From positions 6,944,001-7,008,000 of the forward strand of contig CP075496.1 of assembly GCA_021613535.1 (NCBI GenBank): 64,000 nt of DNA. Direction: 5' to 3'. The position numbers were made by a program, and so were the translations under genes. Below are positions 14,102-27,028 of this stretch, in pieces (the first letter of the stretch is position 1; the number at the start of each line of letters is the position of its first letter). The notes under the pieces were generated by a model. The model was not told where the DNA came from. It was given only the letters and a program-made list of their open reading frames with translations, and ran no database searches. The stretch comes from Adineta vaga (Eukaryota > Animalia > Rotifera).

Positions 14102-15790
14102 ATTTAATCTCTATAATCATTTTCGATGTTTAATATACCGGTGATTAATTTTTTTCTTTACTGTACAAATTTTCTTCTTGGTTTTTCCTTATTGCCTATA
14201 TCATATAATAAACAATAGGAGAAATAGATATCTGATGTCATCTGAAAAAATAAACCGACACAACGATCGATATGTAATCATGACATAATCATCTAAAGAT
14301 AGAGTTGATTCATAAAAATACATTCCGTTTATATCGATTATAGAGCTAACTGTGAGAATGTGAATAAGGTGCCAAGAGTCACATTGAGACTTGAAAGAAT
14401 TTGTTATTTTTATAGATGCAACTGTTTGAAATGATAGAACTATTAAGATTATTAAATGACACATGATGAAGGTTTTATTTTTTTTCTCTTGACAAAGAAT
14501 GCATTAATATAAGCTTGTTTTCCTGATGTATTTGAGGAATTAGAGCATGTTACAGATCTTGACTGATGCTAATAAACGATCTTGTGCAAAGCTTTACAAA
14601 GATATTTATTTTGTCGCAAATTAATCATGTTTCCACTGAATTAAACAGAAACAAAAAAATACGATACGTTATTTCAATATCATTTATAATAACACATCGA
14701 CATTATCAACATTTTAACTTTGAATAACATCGATTACATACATGTTAGACTCGATTTATCAATGAATACTTGATTACGGCGATGTTGTTTTCAGAATCTG
14801 TTTTTTGTCAGGGGAAATAGAACAACACATTTGATTAAAGAACTATAATCTTTTCATAACATAAAATATTCAAAAGACAATGTTTTCTTTACCATTATAA
14901 GAAAACTAAATTTACCATTTCGATATTCATCAAAAAGATTATGAATTGAATCATTATGTCTATGAATAACAACAACAAGAATTTGATAATTGAATCATTG
15001 ATATTTATTAATCTATGTCTTTTTCGTATTCATCTTATATCTATATGAGAACTAATTGCGTCTTATGTTTCTTTTGAACCTTTTTGCTACAAGTCTAAGA
15101 CATCTACATTTAATGAATATACATCCAGGTTTGAGGAAGCAATTATTGATAAGAATTATGAATGCATCAAGAACTTTCCAGAATATTTTTATGCTTATAA
15201 GATAAGAGTGGAAAAGAGTTCTTTTTAAAAGATTATAAGGGCATTTGACATGTGAAAAAAATAATCTTTCTCATATACATTTCACTTTATAAAGATTATA
15301 AAATTATTTGTTTTTTTTTTCTTCGTCATTGAAAGAGTTATACTGACAAGTGCAGATACTATGCTCATACTAAATTGAGATAATTAAAGAGATGAAAGAT
15401 CAACTAAGCTTAATCTGACATTCATCAAATGTAGAATGATGATGATTTGTTAATTCTATTTGACATAATTATTCTTTCATTGAAAAGAATATTCAGACGT
15501 AATTTAGATTCTTTGTCGTCATTAACAAGAAAGAAAAAGAAGAATCACCCTAAGCGTGAAAGACAGAGAGAGAGAGAGAGAGAGAAGAAATATACAAATA
15601 ATGATTCATCCATTTCCGCCATTTTTTCATTCTATGTAATCAGCCAACCACTAGTCGTCGTCTTTTTCTTCTTCTAGTGATCTAAACTAAACTACGTCTT
15701 ACTTTTTCTTCGTTTCTTACTATTAAATAAAAGTGATATAGAAGATTCTTTTCATATCTCATTTGTAGATTCTTTCTTTTCATCATTAAT

Positions 15791-18700
15791 ATGGAAGGTA
15801 CTTCTAATGACAAGAAAAGAAAAAAGATCTTTTTTTCTCATCTATTTTTATCTTTTTCAAAGGCTGTCCGCGTCTTCCTGCCGTAAGTTTCGACCTCAAA
15901 TTATCTCTGGATTCAATCAATATATGTGAAAAGATTCCTAATGTAAAATCACTTTCTGTCCTGAATACATGAACTATTTATGTCTTGATTTTATCCTAGT
16001 ATATTACTGCGAATTATCAAGAAAATGGCGAAAATTTTACAAAAGAATGCGAGCAAATCAATCAACTTCGACAGGTAAATAATGAAAGGAAAACGAATGA
16101 TTCTCTTTTATCATGCTTTTCGTTAAGATTGCGATTAGTTGCCCTATCGAGAACCCGGTATTCAAATTCTCAAACGATATTATTGTCAATTACAATTATT
16201 ACGTAATCGTTTTCCAATGTTGCCTGATACGGAATGTTCAGTTCGATTTACTTGGTAGAGTTCTTTAAAAGAGAGAAAGATTAATGAAAAAGTTTCTATT
16301 TCTTTTTTTCTTCAAGGGAAGATGGATTTCAAAGAGAAGAGAATACATACAGTGATATTCGATTTGAAGAAGCGTGTATCTTGTATAATATTGGTGCAAT
16401 GTATTCAAAATTAGGAGCTCATGAATCAAGAAATTCACATGAAGTATAGAGTGATATAAAATGATTAGGATGGATGATGATAGTTTGTATTTTTAGAGTA
16501 TGAAAAATGCTTGTACTTATTTTCGATATTCTGCCGCATGTTTTGAAAAAGTACGAGATCAATATACACCATATTCATTAGATTTCACTACCGAATTATT
16601 AACATGTCAAGTTGATATTCTCTTAGTAGGATTTGATAAATTTCTTTTTTATTCGTGAGATATATGAATGTGATATATTAATAGGCACAAGCACATGAAG
16701 CAGTACTAGAAAAATCGGTGCTTGATCAACGACCACCTACAGTTAATGCGCATATAGCAATGCAAATATCGGATTATTATCAAATGGCACTGACTAATCT
16801 TATGAAACCAGAAGTTAATTCAGTTATATCAAAACGATTTCGAGTAAGATTTGACTATTTAGTTCTCCGACAAACAGATTGGATTCATATATTTCTTTAG
16901 GAATGGCGTGTGGCGTTAACGTACAAAATATCATATTATCGTGCTATAACATATTATTGTTGTGGTATCATTGCTGAAGAGAATAAAAAACGTGGTGAAG
17001 CTGTTTGTTACTTTGAAAATGCAGTTGAACGACTTAAAGATGGTTGGAAAAATGCCGAAAAACTTTCTACAGATAAAACATCGATTTATAAAGATGCACA
17101 TGCTTTTACTTCGAATATTATTACAGGAAGGTAAGTAACAACATATTCTGTAATTAAAAATAATAAGTCTTTAATTTTTTTTCTTTACATAGATATAAAT
17201 CAATAAAACGTGATAATGATAGTGTATATTTTGAAAAGGTACCAAGTTTTTCAAGTTTACCTGCTGTACGAGGTAATGATATTGAGTTAAATATTAACGA
17301 ATAGCATTGTTACTTGAAATTTTGTTTGTTCAGGGGCAATTGTGGCGAAATCACAAGCATTTGATTGTCACAATTCTGATGTATGCGGATCGGATATTTT
17401 TCAAAAATTAGTGCCATTAGTAAATAATCTATTGTTGAAAATTACTGAGTTACATGTATTTCATTTGAATATTTAGGATATTCATTTAGCTGCATCGGAA
17501 TATAGTGAAGAAAAAGCAAAAGTTTTACGTGAAATTATTGAATTAACAGATAGCAAAACTCGTGAACTTGAGTAAGAATAAATTTTTCGATGCGTTGCCG
17601 AGCATATATATATATATTAATTGATTTACAGAACTTTCATGGACTGTCTACAACTAGATCGTATTCCATTAAATAATGATTATCTTCGATTACCACGCGA
17701 ATTACTTGATTGTTGTGTTGCTGTTACGAGCCAACCAAATATGGCAAACGAGCTGATTTCAGTTATGCAACGTATGTTAAATGAAATTGAGTTTTCTAAC
17801 AGAGACTTACACAGCCTGCATGATTATCATATTTTTTGGATTCTGAAGGATGATTCTATCAAATCATTTTCTTTTCATATTATATAGAAATCAACAGTCA
17901 ACATCATGATATTAATGCTCATATAACTGAACTTGAACAATTACTGCAAACTTTCGAAGAAATCAATATACTTGTAAAAACAAATAGAGAATTTAAAGAT
18001 TTACAAACAAATTTGAAAAATATGAGTCAAATGATGTCCCAAGCAAATGATAGTAACATAGAATTACATCGACATATGACAACAATCATCGATCATCTCA
18101 AACTTCTCAATTCAACACCGGATCAAATTGAAAAATCTTTACCATTGATGATTGAATTGAATGGTATACAAACGTATTGTATTCTATTTGAATACATTTT
18201 TATTTCTAATTTAGATGAAATTACTAAGTCAAAATTAGCACGTCTTACATTATTAATTGAAAAAGTCGAAACAATGAAAAAACAACGTGAAATATTAATG
18301 AAAGATTTACGAAAAAGGATCGAAAATGATGATATTACAAAACTTGTTCTTATGCGACGACAAGAAAATCATAAAGTATAAATGAAATTTCATTCTCATT
18401 TGTTTATTCTACATTTTCATTCTTTCTCTTAGAGTTTATTTTCTGATCAATTGAAAAAACATGAAGAATTAATCGATATTATTAAACAAAATTGTATTGC
18501 ACAAGATACCGTTCTTCAATCTTTGACAGAAGCAAATGCAGATATAGCTGATATACGATCAAAAATGATAATGACATTAGAAAAGTAGGAAATTTTAGAT
18601 GAAAATTTCTTTGAAAATGTAGTTCTTTACTTTTCATTGAAAATAGCCGTCAACGATTAATTCAAGAATATATTAGTTCGTATAAATCATTCAATGATAC

Positions 18701-19827
18701 ATTATCAAAAGCAAATGAAGGAATTGAATTCTATAAGAAAGTAATTGAGTGTTGAATTTTATTGATTTTCATGAGAATATGTATCATTTTCTATGTTTTA
18801 GCAAACAACAAAATTCGAATCATTAAATGAACGGTTTACTATTTTACAATCATCACAACCGATAGTTAATTCTCAAATCTCATTTGAATCGAATCGAATA
18901 CAGCAGGATAAAAATATACATACCATTCCCGATCGACCTCGATTGAGAGATTATTTACCAACAATGAAACCTGATTCTTGGGGTTCATCAGTAAATCGAT
19001 TAGCATCAAAAGTTGAAGATAATATATACATACCACCGTCGATGTCACATCAAAAGATTTATAATAATCCTTATTCTAATGTTATACCACCATCGAATTT
19101 ATTACATTCAAATCTCGAGGGTCAAACGTATACATCTTTACCAAATTGTAATTCATATCAAGTACAAGCATCAACACAACCTGAACTCACGTCGATGCGG
19201 TATTTACTACCATCAGTTTCAACGACTCAAGAATCTCCAGTGTCTCGACATACAATGCCATATCAACGACCACCGTTTCATCATTCACATTCTTATGATC
19301 AAAATTTCAATGCTCAAATTCCATCGATGTACAATCATCCTTCAACTACTCAACCATTCTCTCAACAACAACCATACTATACCAATCAAACATATCAGCC
19401 TCAGCATGTCGTTTATCAATCACAACCATTATCATTACATCAGCAAGTATCTCATCCAACACATCAATCAAGTTTACCACATCCGTCCATATTTCAATAC
19501 CAAAATATCAATGATATCCATCGTTCTGCTCAGCAAGCAGTACCGGTTTTATCTTCTAAATTTGATCCATATCGTCCACAACCAGTTGGTGCATATGAAA
19601 TTCCAAATACACAACAAACAATGATTCCATCGCATTTAATCAATTCTCAAGATATTTATCGTCCAGGTGGTTTACTAGGAATGAATCAAACACAATTTTC
19701 ACAATCACCATATAACAACAATCGTTATGATCAAAATCAATTTTTACAATATATTCCTCCTCCTCCTCCATCCTCTTCTTCTTCTACGTCTGTTTCTTCA
19801 TCTTTTGCTAATTTATCAATAAACTAA
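15791..19827 (+). CDS. PTPN23: BRO1 + V-domain ESCRT adaptor, HD-PTP/PTPN23-like, without PTP domain
   Basis: N-terminus MEGCPRLPAVSFDLK (7-nt first coding exon) resembles PTPN23 MEAVPRMP. Also YYCQLQLLRNRFP, DIRFEEACILYNIGA, KRDNDSVYFEKVP, DIFQKLVP..SEYSEEKAK and DDITKLV, then RPRLRDYL and a Pro/Gln/Tyr-rich tail ending at 19827. Confidence 0.88.
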
Positions 19828-20615
19828 AGTTCGAATGATTTAAAGTCAATTTTAAATCTAAACAAATTGTTTGATCAACATCTAGCACGTACATATTACT
19901 GAAATACGATATTCTTTCCTCATTATCATCGAGAAATCGAACATCTACCTAAAAATAGTGGACTATCTTCGTACTTTGTCCGAACTTAAAACGAATCTGT
20001 TATTTAATGATGAATATGCTAAGACGTCATTTATGTGGCTACATTTCTTTGGACAAAATATTTGTTCGGTATTTAATCGATATTTAAATCTGATGGGAGA
20101 ATAGAAAATATTTCTAAGCACATATTTTCAAGTATTTATTCTTATTTTGTATGTAGATAAACCATGCATTAAGTACTAGTAACTAAATAGTTCACTGTAA
20201 AATCAGATTTCAGTTCTTGAAATGATCTATGATTGTCAAGGATCAGCGGTATTGAAGTTTCATGACTGAGAACTTGATGTCAGTTACAATATAAAGTATC
20301 GTTTAAATATCTGCAAATGATATCATATTGATATGAAGAGAAAATACCTGACTGAGTCTCATGATAAGAACATAAAGAATCATTATCAAGTGATATTGTT
20401 ATTTCAATGACGATCGAAGAGCAACGTTATTTTAAGGACATGTGTTTAAAACGATAAATATCTTATTGTAATTGGAACTTATTGATTATAATCTACATCC
20501 GTTTCGTACATCTGAATTATGCACTATCCTTTTATTTGATGGAAGATTCCAATGATATTTATCATTTCAAAATTTCTTTGATTTTAAAAACTATTGTTAT
20601 AGGTTTGTTTGTTAT

Positions 20616-21520
20616 TTATGTAGTATGTAATTCATTGAGTAAATTTTGATCGACTTCAACATGAATACTAAACTTTCGATGCTCATTTTTCATTTCATTC
20701 CATTGATAATAATGTCCTCGTATTCCTTCGTTGTCTCTTGTTAAAAATCGTAATTCAAGTAATGAATCATTACCTTTCACGCTCAGTATCAATACATTTA
20801 ATGAAATATGAAAAACAAATCGTGGTGATTTTACAATTGGAATATGAACAATTGTTGAATTTGATGATTTTTTCGAATAATATTCAAATAATTTCACTTC
20901 TAATAAGTCATTATTTGAATTTCCAACAGGTAGAATATGTAAGTATAAACCTAATTGCTCTAATTGATCATCATATGGCTGATTTTGATTTGACCCTGAA
21001 TGGTTAATCGATGAAGGATTTACTATTGACAACGATTGTTGTTTCTTGAATAACGAAAAAATATATACAAGGTCTTTTCCTTTAGTTTATGAAGACTAAC
21101 TTGATCAATTAATGAAATGACATCCTTTGGCATTCTAGTCGAAACATATTGTTCTGTATTTAAACATGAAATTTTCAAAGGAAGATCACATAGAGAAAGT
21201 AAACGTCTCATACATGTACGTAATTTCCATTCTTGAGCTGTAGTTAAACGAATATCGGGTTCAATCGAACACATTTTTACCCAAGTATTTATTGAATGTG
21301 AACGAACAAATCGACTATTACTTATATGTACATCCGACATTACTGAATGCCATGATGTACTTGTTTGAGTGGCAACTGTAGTATCAGATAAGTCATGTAC
21401 TGTAATACTCATATCATCATCGATTGTATCTGTTTCAATGGATGGCATACTCATCGTTTTCAATACGTAGACGGGAAAAAAAGTATAATACAATAGAAAA
21501 TAGTATAACAGATGCGCCAT
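20616..21520 (-). CDS. Uncharacterised two-exon protein (about 280 aa)
   Basis: Two adjacent long ORFs joined in phase 0 by a 56-nt GT-AG intron (about 21100-21045: LIDQ|KQQSLSIV). The start could be 21520 or 21454. No family recognised. Confidence 0.7.
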
Positions 21521-21956
21521 TTTCTATAGAGTGAATAAAGAATTTAATTGAAATAAACATGACGCTTTAGTTTCGATATTTATCCAAAAATAGTCATGTT
21601 CTTCTATATATTTCAGTTTTACGTATATGAATAAAGATGAAAACAATTAAATCATTATTCTTTAAAACACACCTCTTCTCTCCCCCCTCCCCCTCTGCTC
21701 TTTGACTGTATTACTCGATAGTTTCTGACTGAATTTAGACTATTCGACGATTTAATTTTATTATTCCGCTATATTCAGTTTTGTTTTTCTCTTTTCTTCT
21801 TATTCTCTCCTTCTCTATTCTCATCTACTTTCTATATATATATAAGTAAACAGTATATTGTAATCCGTTTTCTTTTCTTTTTCCACATAAAATTACTAAG
21901 ACACCAATTCATTTTTCAATATAGAAGGATTTTATTTTAAAATTCATTCAAACAAC

Positions 21957-24900
21957 ATGTCACTGAATATTACTCACATACTGCAAGATGAATTAATTAC
22001 TCCCATGGTAAAGAAAACAGCATATGGATTGGCAACAACTTGCATCCTTGGAGCGGCTGTTTATGCTGGATATCGTGTTGCTGCACCTGAAAAGCATCAT
22101 ATTCGACAACATCGACATCCAGAACTCAATGATCAGGTAGGTTCACTGGAAAAGAAATATCGATTCTTACAATGACGTCAATAATTATCATATGTAGGCG
22201 CAAGAAATCTGTTACATTTTTTCTTTTGAATAATATTACTGATTTCGACTGACATCAAAAGTGAATGGAATGCGACTAAAATAAGTTTTTATAGAAATAT
22301 TATTTTTAAAATAGATCGAAAACGTATCTGTCTATCTTTAAGAATAGAATCAAGTCAAGTAAGCAGATATCAGACACGAAACCTCTATTAGTTAAAACTA
22401 AGCAAAAAAAGCGAAGTATGATTCTTAAGCACATTCCAATTTGTTTCAACCAATTGATTTTTTGGTCTATCAAGTACTTTGTTTGAATGTACTTTTATTT
22501 GTACAAAGGAATCAAAAAAAAGACATAGGTTTGTCTTACACATTCACAGTCTGTCATTTGTTGACTTAACGTCGAAAAAGAATGTTTGATTTCGATGTAA
22601 TTATAGTTAGAAAATATTCTACCTGAAATTACTAGGAGTTTGTACAAATAATATACCTTATTTTCGAACATCCCACTGAGGTAAAACTATACATATATGG
22701 TTCGATAAGTCATCTTTATCTTTATAAGAAATATATTGAGTGGCATCTTAACAGTATTTTATAGTTTGGTCAAGAAATCAGTTCAAGTCTCAGAACTACG
22801 ATACAGCCTGAAATAATGTTCATGAAGGAATCAGAACAGTTTATCACCAGCATTTGAACTATTGAGATTATGTACAATTGATGTCAATCTGTGATATCTA
22901 ACTTCTATATGTAATAGTATCGTACAATAGTTTCCAAACAAAAAATATCATGGGCAATTGAGTGTGATTAGATATAGTAAATACTTCTTCTAATCAAACA
23001 TAAATTCTTCCGAGTTAGAAGTTGATCCGATCCATATTTATTATACCATCTTTTTCTTTGATGACTATTTTGATTAGATTGAAAAAGTGATTGATTCATT
23101 AAAAATAACTGATGAACAATTGATAAATATAATGCATATATTAGAAGAAGAAATGAGTGCTGGTCTTTCACCACTAACCCATAAACAAGCTACAGTAAAA
23201 ATGTTTCCAACATATGTACGAAATATACCAAATGGCACTGAAGTTGGTCAAGTTCTTGCGCTTGATCTAGGTGGAACAAATTTTCGTGTACTTTTAATTG
23301 ATTTACGTGGTAATGCAAGAGTTGAATTAACATCGAAAATTTTCGTTATTCCACAATCAATTATGATTGGTGATGGAAAACATGTATGTCAATTACTTTT
23401 ATTTAAATTTTGAAATAAATAAAACATATTTTTTGTTTACTTTAGTTATTTCATCATTTAGCTGAATGTTTATATGATTTTATGCAAAAAGAAAATTTAT
23501 TAAATACTACTTATTGTTTTCCATTAGGTATGATTAAACATTAGATGAATGGAATTTGATATGCATTCGAAGAATTTCCTAGGTTTTACATTTTCATTTC
23601 CATGTAAACAAGAAGGTCTAGCTTCAGCTCGATTAACAGCGTGGACCAAAGGTTTCAGTTGTTCAGGTGTTGTTAATGAAGATGTAGTTAAACTTTTACA
23701 ACAAGCTATCGATGAAAAGGTAATGTCTATATTTTCAAATTTAATTTTACATTTGAAGTTCTTTTATGAAATTCCTTTCAGGGTATAAATGCAAAATGTG
23801 TCGCTTTAGTTAATGATACTGTCGGTACATTAATGGCTTGTGCATATAAAGATCCAACAACAGCAATTGGTCTTATCTTAGGAACTGGAACGAATGCATG
23901 TTATATTGAAAATCTAGACAAAGTTGGTACATGGGATGGTGATTATGATGAACCGAAACAAGTTATTATTAATATGGAATGGGGTGCATTTGGTGATAAC
24001 AATCGTTTAAATCTTATTCGAACGAAATATGATGAAGAAGTTGATCTATCTTCAATCAATCCTGGAAAACAAATGTAACGATTGAATATTTTATATAATT
24101 ACTCGAAGAATTTCTTTATTGTTTTTCTATTTAGTTTTGAAAAAATGATTTCAGGAATGTATATGGGTGAGATTGTTCGTCTAATCATACTTGATTTACT
24201 TCAACATGAATTGCTTTTCCTTGGTCATCGTGATACATATGGTGATTATAAAACTCCATTATATAATCGAGGTGGTTTTTATACAAAATTTGTTTCCACA
24301 GTCGAAACTGATGAAGGTAAAATACATAATATTGAATCGCTGTTTTCTTCTATCATCGATGGTTTCTTTCGAAAGGTATTAAATTTTCTAATACACGTCG
24401 AGTACTTGAAGATATTGGTATTCATAATCCAACCTATGATGATTGTGCTATTGTTCAGCATATATGTCGACAAGTTTCTAAACGCGCTGCTCGATTAGCT
24501 GGTGCTGGTATGTAATTATCATTCTTGCGTTTTTTTAAATCAAAGTTTGCCGTTATGAAAACATCAGGTCTAGCTGTTTTAATCAATCGAATTGGTAAAA
24601 GTGAAGTAACAGTTGGTGTTGATGGTTCACTTTATCGATATCATCCACGTTTTAAACGTAATATGGAAAGATGTATGGAAACATTGGTTCATAAAGATAT
24701 TAAAGTACGTTTTAGTGAGAATTTCTCATCTAAATATATGTATGAAATTAAAATTAGTTGACAAAAAAAAAGCTTTTTAAGTTGAATTTGAAAACCAAAA
24801 ACTCAATCTCTTTAGTTTACAACACAAACTGTTGATGATGCGAGCGGTATTGGTGCTGCGATAGCAGTTGCAGCTCAATGTCGTTTATTTCAAATGAAAT

Positions 24901-25246
24901 AAATTGACAAGAGTATAATTAGATAGAAATCGTTCATTGTTTCATAAATTTCGTTTCTTACTATGCTGCATGTACATAGAAAAATATTATGTTAATCAAT
25001 AACTGAAAATAAATCAACTAATCTCATAATTGTCTTTTCTTTTTCTTTTTATAGTTTAAATTATCTCTATCAGATGATGGTAAACGATTCGAAAACTTTA
25101 TTCATACGATGATTAACTTGAAAATTTTCTTCCTTTTAGGTAGTGGCAAAGGAGCCGCTATGGTAGCTTGTGTTGCAGATCGATCTTTTATGATGACATC
25201 TGTTCTTCGAGACGAAGAAACAGCTGACTATGAAAAAGTTATTTAA
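21957..25246 (+). CDS. HK: Hexokinase with N-terminal hydrophobic anchor and two alternative terminal exons
   Basis: Motifs [80 protein letters not shown] and C-terminal DDGSGKGAA (exons 25055-25079 + 25140-25246). An alternative terminal exon lies at 24816-24902. Confidence 0.97.
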
Positions 25247-25714
25247 TCCTCACATTATTTTTATATTTGAGATATGAAGTTTCTATTTATATGAGAATAT
25301 CTTTCCTTTTCTATCTTGGAATTTGAATAGTTTTGTTTTCGTGTCTTTTATGTTGTTTTAGATCAGTACAGGAAAACCCAATCTATTTTCTTGCTTTTCA
25401 TTTTCTTGTACACCGTGTTTCTATCATATGTGATTTTATCTATTTATCTTGATATTTGTTTTGGAAGATATAAAGACAACTAAATTTTGAAAGAAAGAAA
25501 TGCATAAATAACATTTAACATAATTATAAAAGCAAACTCATTGACCTTGATAATGTCACTGTCGTAAAGTAGGTCATGTCGAATTGTTTTTCACATAGCG
25601 TTGATTACGTTGCATCGTAATGCAAGTATAGATGAAAATTACAAAATCAAGAATCCTTTTCGAAAAACTTTGCTTGTGTTTTTATTCAAACAAAACAATA
25701 GATAACAAGTTCTC

Positions 25715-26529
25715 TTATTTCCGCGTTCGTTTCTTTTTCGATTCTGTTTGGATTCCACCATTTTTACCTAATTTTGCATGTGAACGTCGAGGTTTTGTTT
25801 TCGTATGTTTTCCTTTTTTCATCAAACCTGTTGCTTTCATATTCTGTAATACAGACATTTTCTTCGATAAAGGCGTTTTAATCCTGAAAATATATTCATA
25901 GATTAAAAGAAATTCTAAATCTTTTTTATTCGTACTTTGATTTCTTTGATAATGTAGGTTCATTATCTTGATCCTAAATGGAAAGAAAAACATGGTAATG
26001 ATAAATACGTATCCTAGATTATTATTTACTTTGTCGTCTATTTCATTATCATTAACTTGATTATGACCCATATATATTCCAGTATTTGAATTTAATTGAT
26101 CATCCATTTCTGCAATTTCAATCGTATGATCTTTTAATTCAATTGTTCGTTTTTTTGTATTATTTTCGACGGTATCAAGTAAACCTAATGCTTCATGTCT
26201 TTTTTTCATTTCATCTCGACGCTAAAAAAACATAAACAAATCGATTCGTATTATTTTGTGAATGAATCTTACTTTTTGTCGTAAAATTTTCAAGTCACTT
26301 TTTATTTCATCCTCCAGATCTTTTTGTGCTCGTTCACGACGTTCAAGTTTTCGTTTATGAAAACCTTTTAGATATTCTCTTAAATAAAAATAAACAATTG
26401 AAAATAATTTAAGAAAAAAATCTTTTACTTTCGAGCTTGTTCATCAAAAACAAGTTGCGTTTTAGTTTGACGATTCTTTTTTGATCGACGTTGAATAAGA
26501 AATGATGGAGTACTTTCATCAACATCCAT
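25715..26529 (-). CDS. NOL12: Nucleolar protein 12 / Rrp17 (Nop25 family)
   Basis: Spliced MDVDES...LVFDEQARKEYLKGFHKRKLERRERAQ carries the family signature FDxxxRxEYLxGFHKRK, followed by a Lys/Arg-rich C-terminus. Confidence 0.9.
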
Positions 26530-26689
26530 GATTATTTTTCTAGAATTCATTTCATATTTATGTAATAGTTAATAAAAAATGTTATCCACACAAAATAAAA
26601 TAATGAACTAATCGTACATTTTTGTTTATCACTTGTCATTTGAAAACGATTGATTATTTCAAAAGTCATCTAAGTCTAAGTTTTCATTG

Positions 26690-26725
26690 CCAATTTCTGA
26701 TTGGTCAGAACGATGTGACCAATCC
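26690..26725. promoter_or_regulatory. Clustered CCAAT boxes in the divergent NOL12/TPR promoter
   Basis: CCAAT 26690-26694, ATTGG 26700-26704 (ctgattggtc) and CCAAT 26719-26723 lie in the roughly 500-bp gap between head-to-head ATGs. Confidence 0.55.
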
Positions 26726-27028
26726 ATACGAATTGAAACTAAGTTCATATATTTTGATTTTTTAATTTCAGAATTCTCTTTTCTAGAATATTTTTCTATG
26801 TTTATGTATTCATTATTTCATCAGATAAAATCCATATTTTACCACAGTTCTAATCCATATCCATATGGGGAAGCAAACATATTCTTTTTTTTTCATTTAA
26901 CAGACAGGGACCGACCGTTGGCGCGTGTGTCCGTTAATTAGAAAAGAAAACGACTTTCTCTCGTTCTCTTCTATTCATTTTAATTTTAGATGTTCGTTGA
27001 TTGTCACTCGTAAAATCTAAATCAAACA

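Noticed and set aside
19013-19624. 203-aa overlapping ORF inside the PTPN23 last exon
   Set aside because: An Ile/His-rich off-frame shadow produced by CAA/CAT/CCA codon bias, with a non-ATG start.
25541-25630. Short hairpins (tgacct...aggtca; ttgcat-cgta-atgcaa) between the hexokinase and NOL12 3' ends, considered as a snoRNA or SECIS element
   Set aside because: The stems are short, there are no convincing box motifs or SECIS core, and neither gene has an in-frame TGA.
25975-26030. Apparent 35-nt mini-intron in NOL12
   Set aside because: An upstream same-phase donor (AAA|GTAAAT) gives a normal 56-nt intron.
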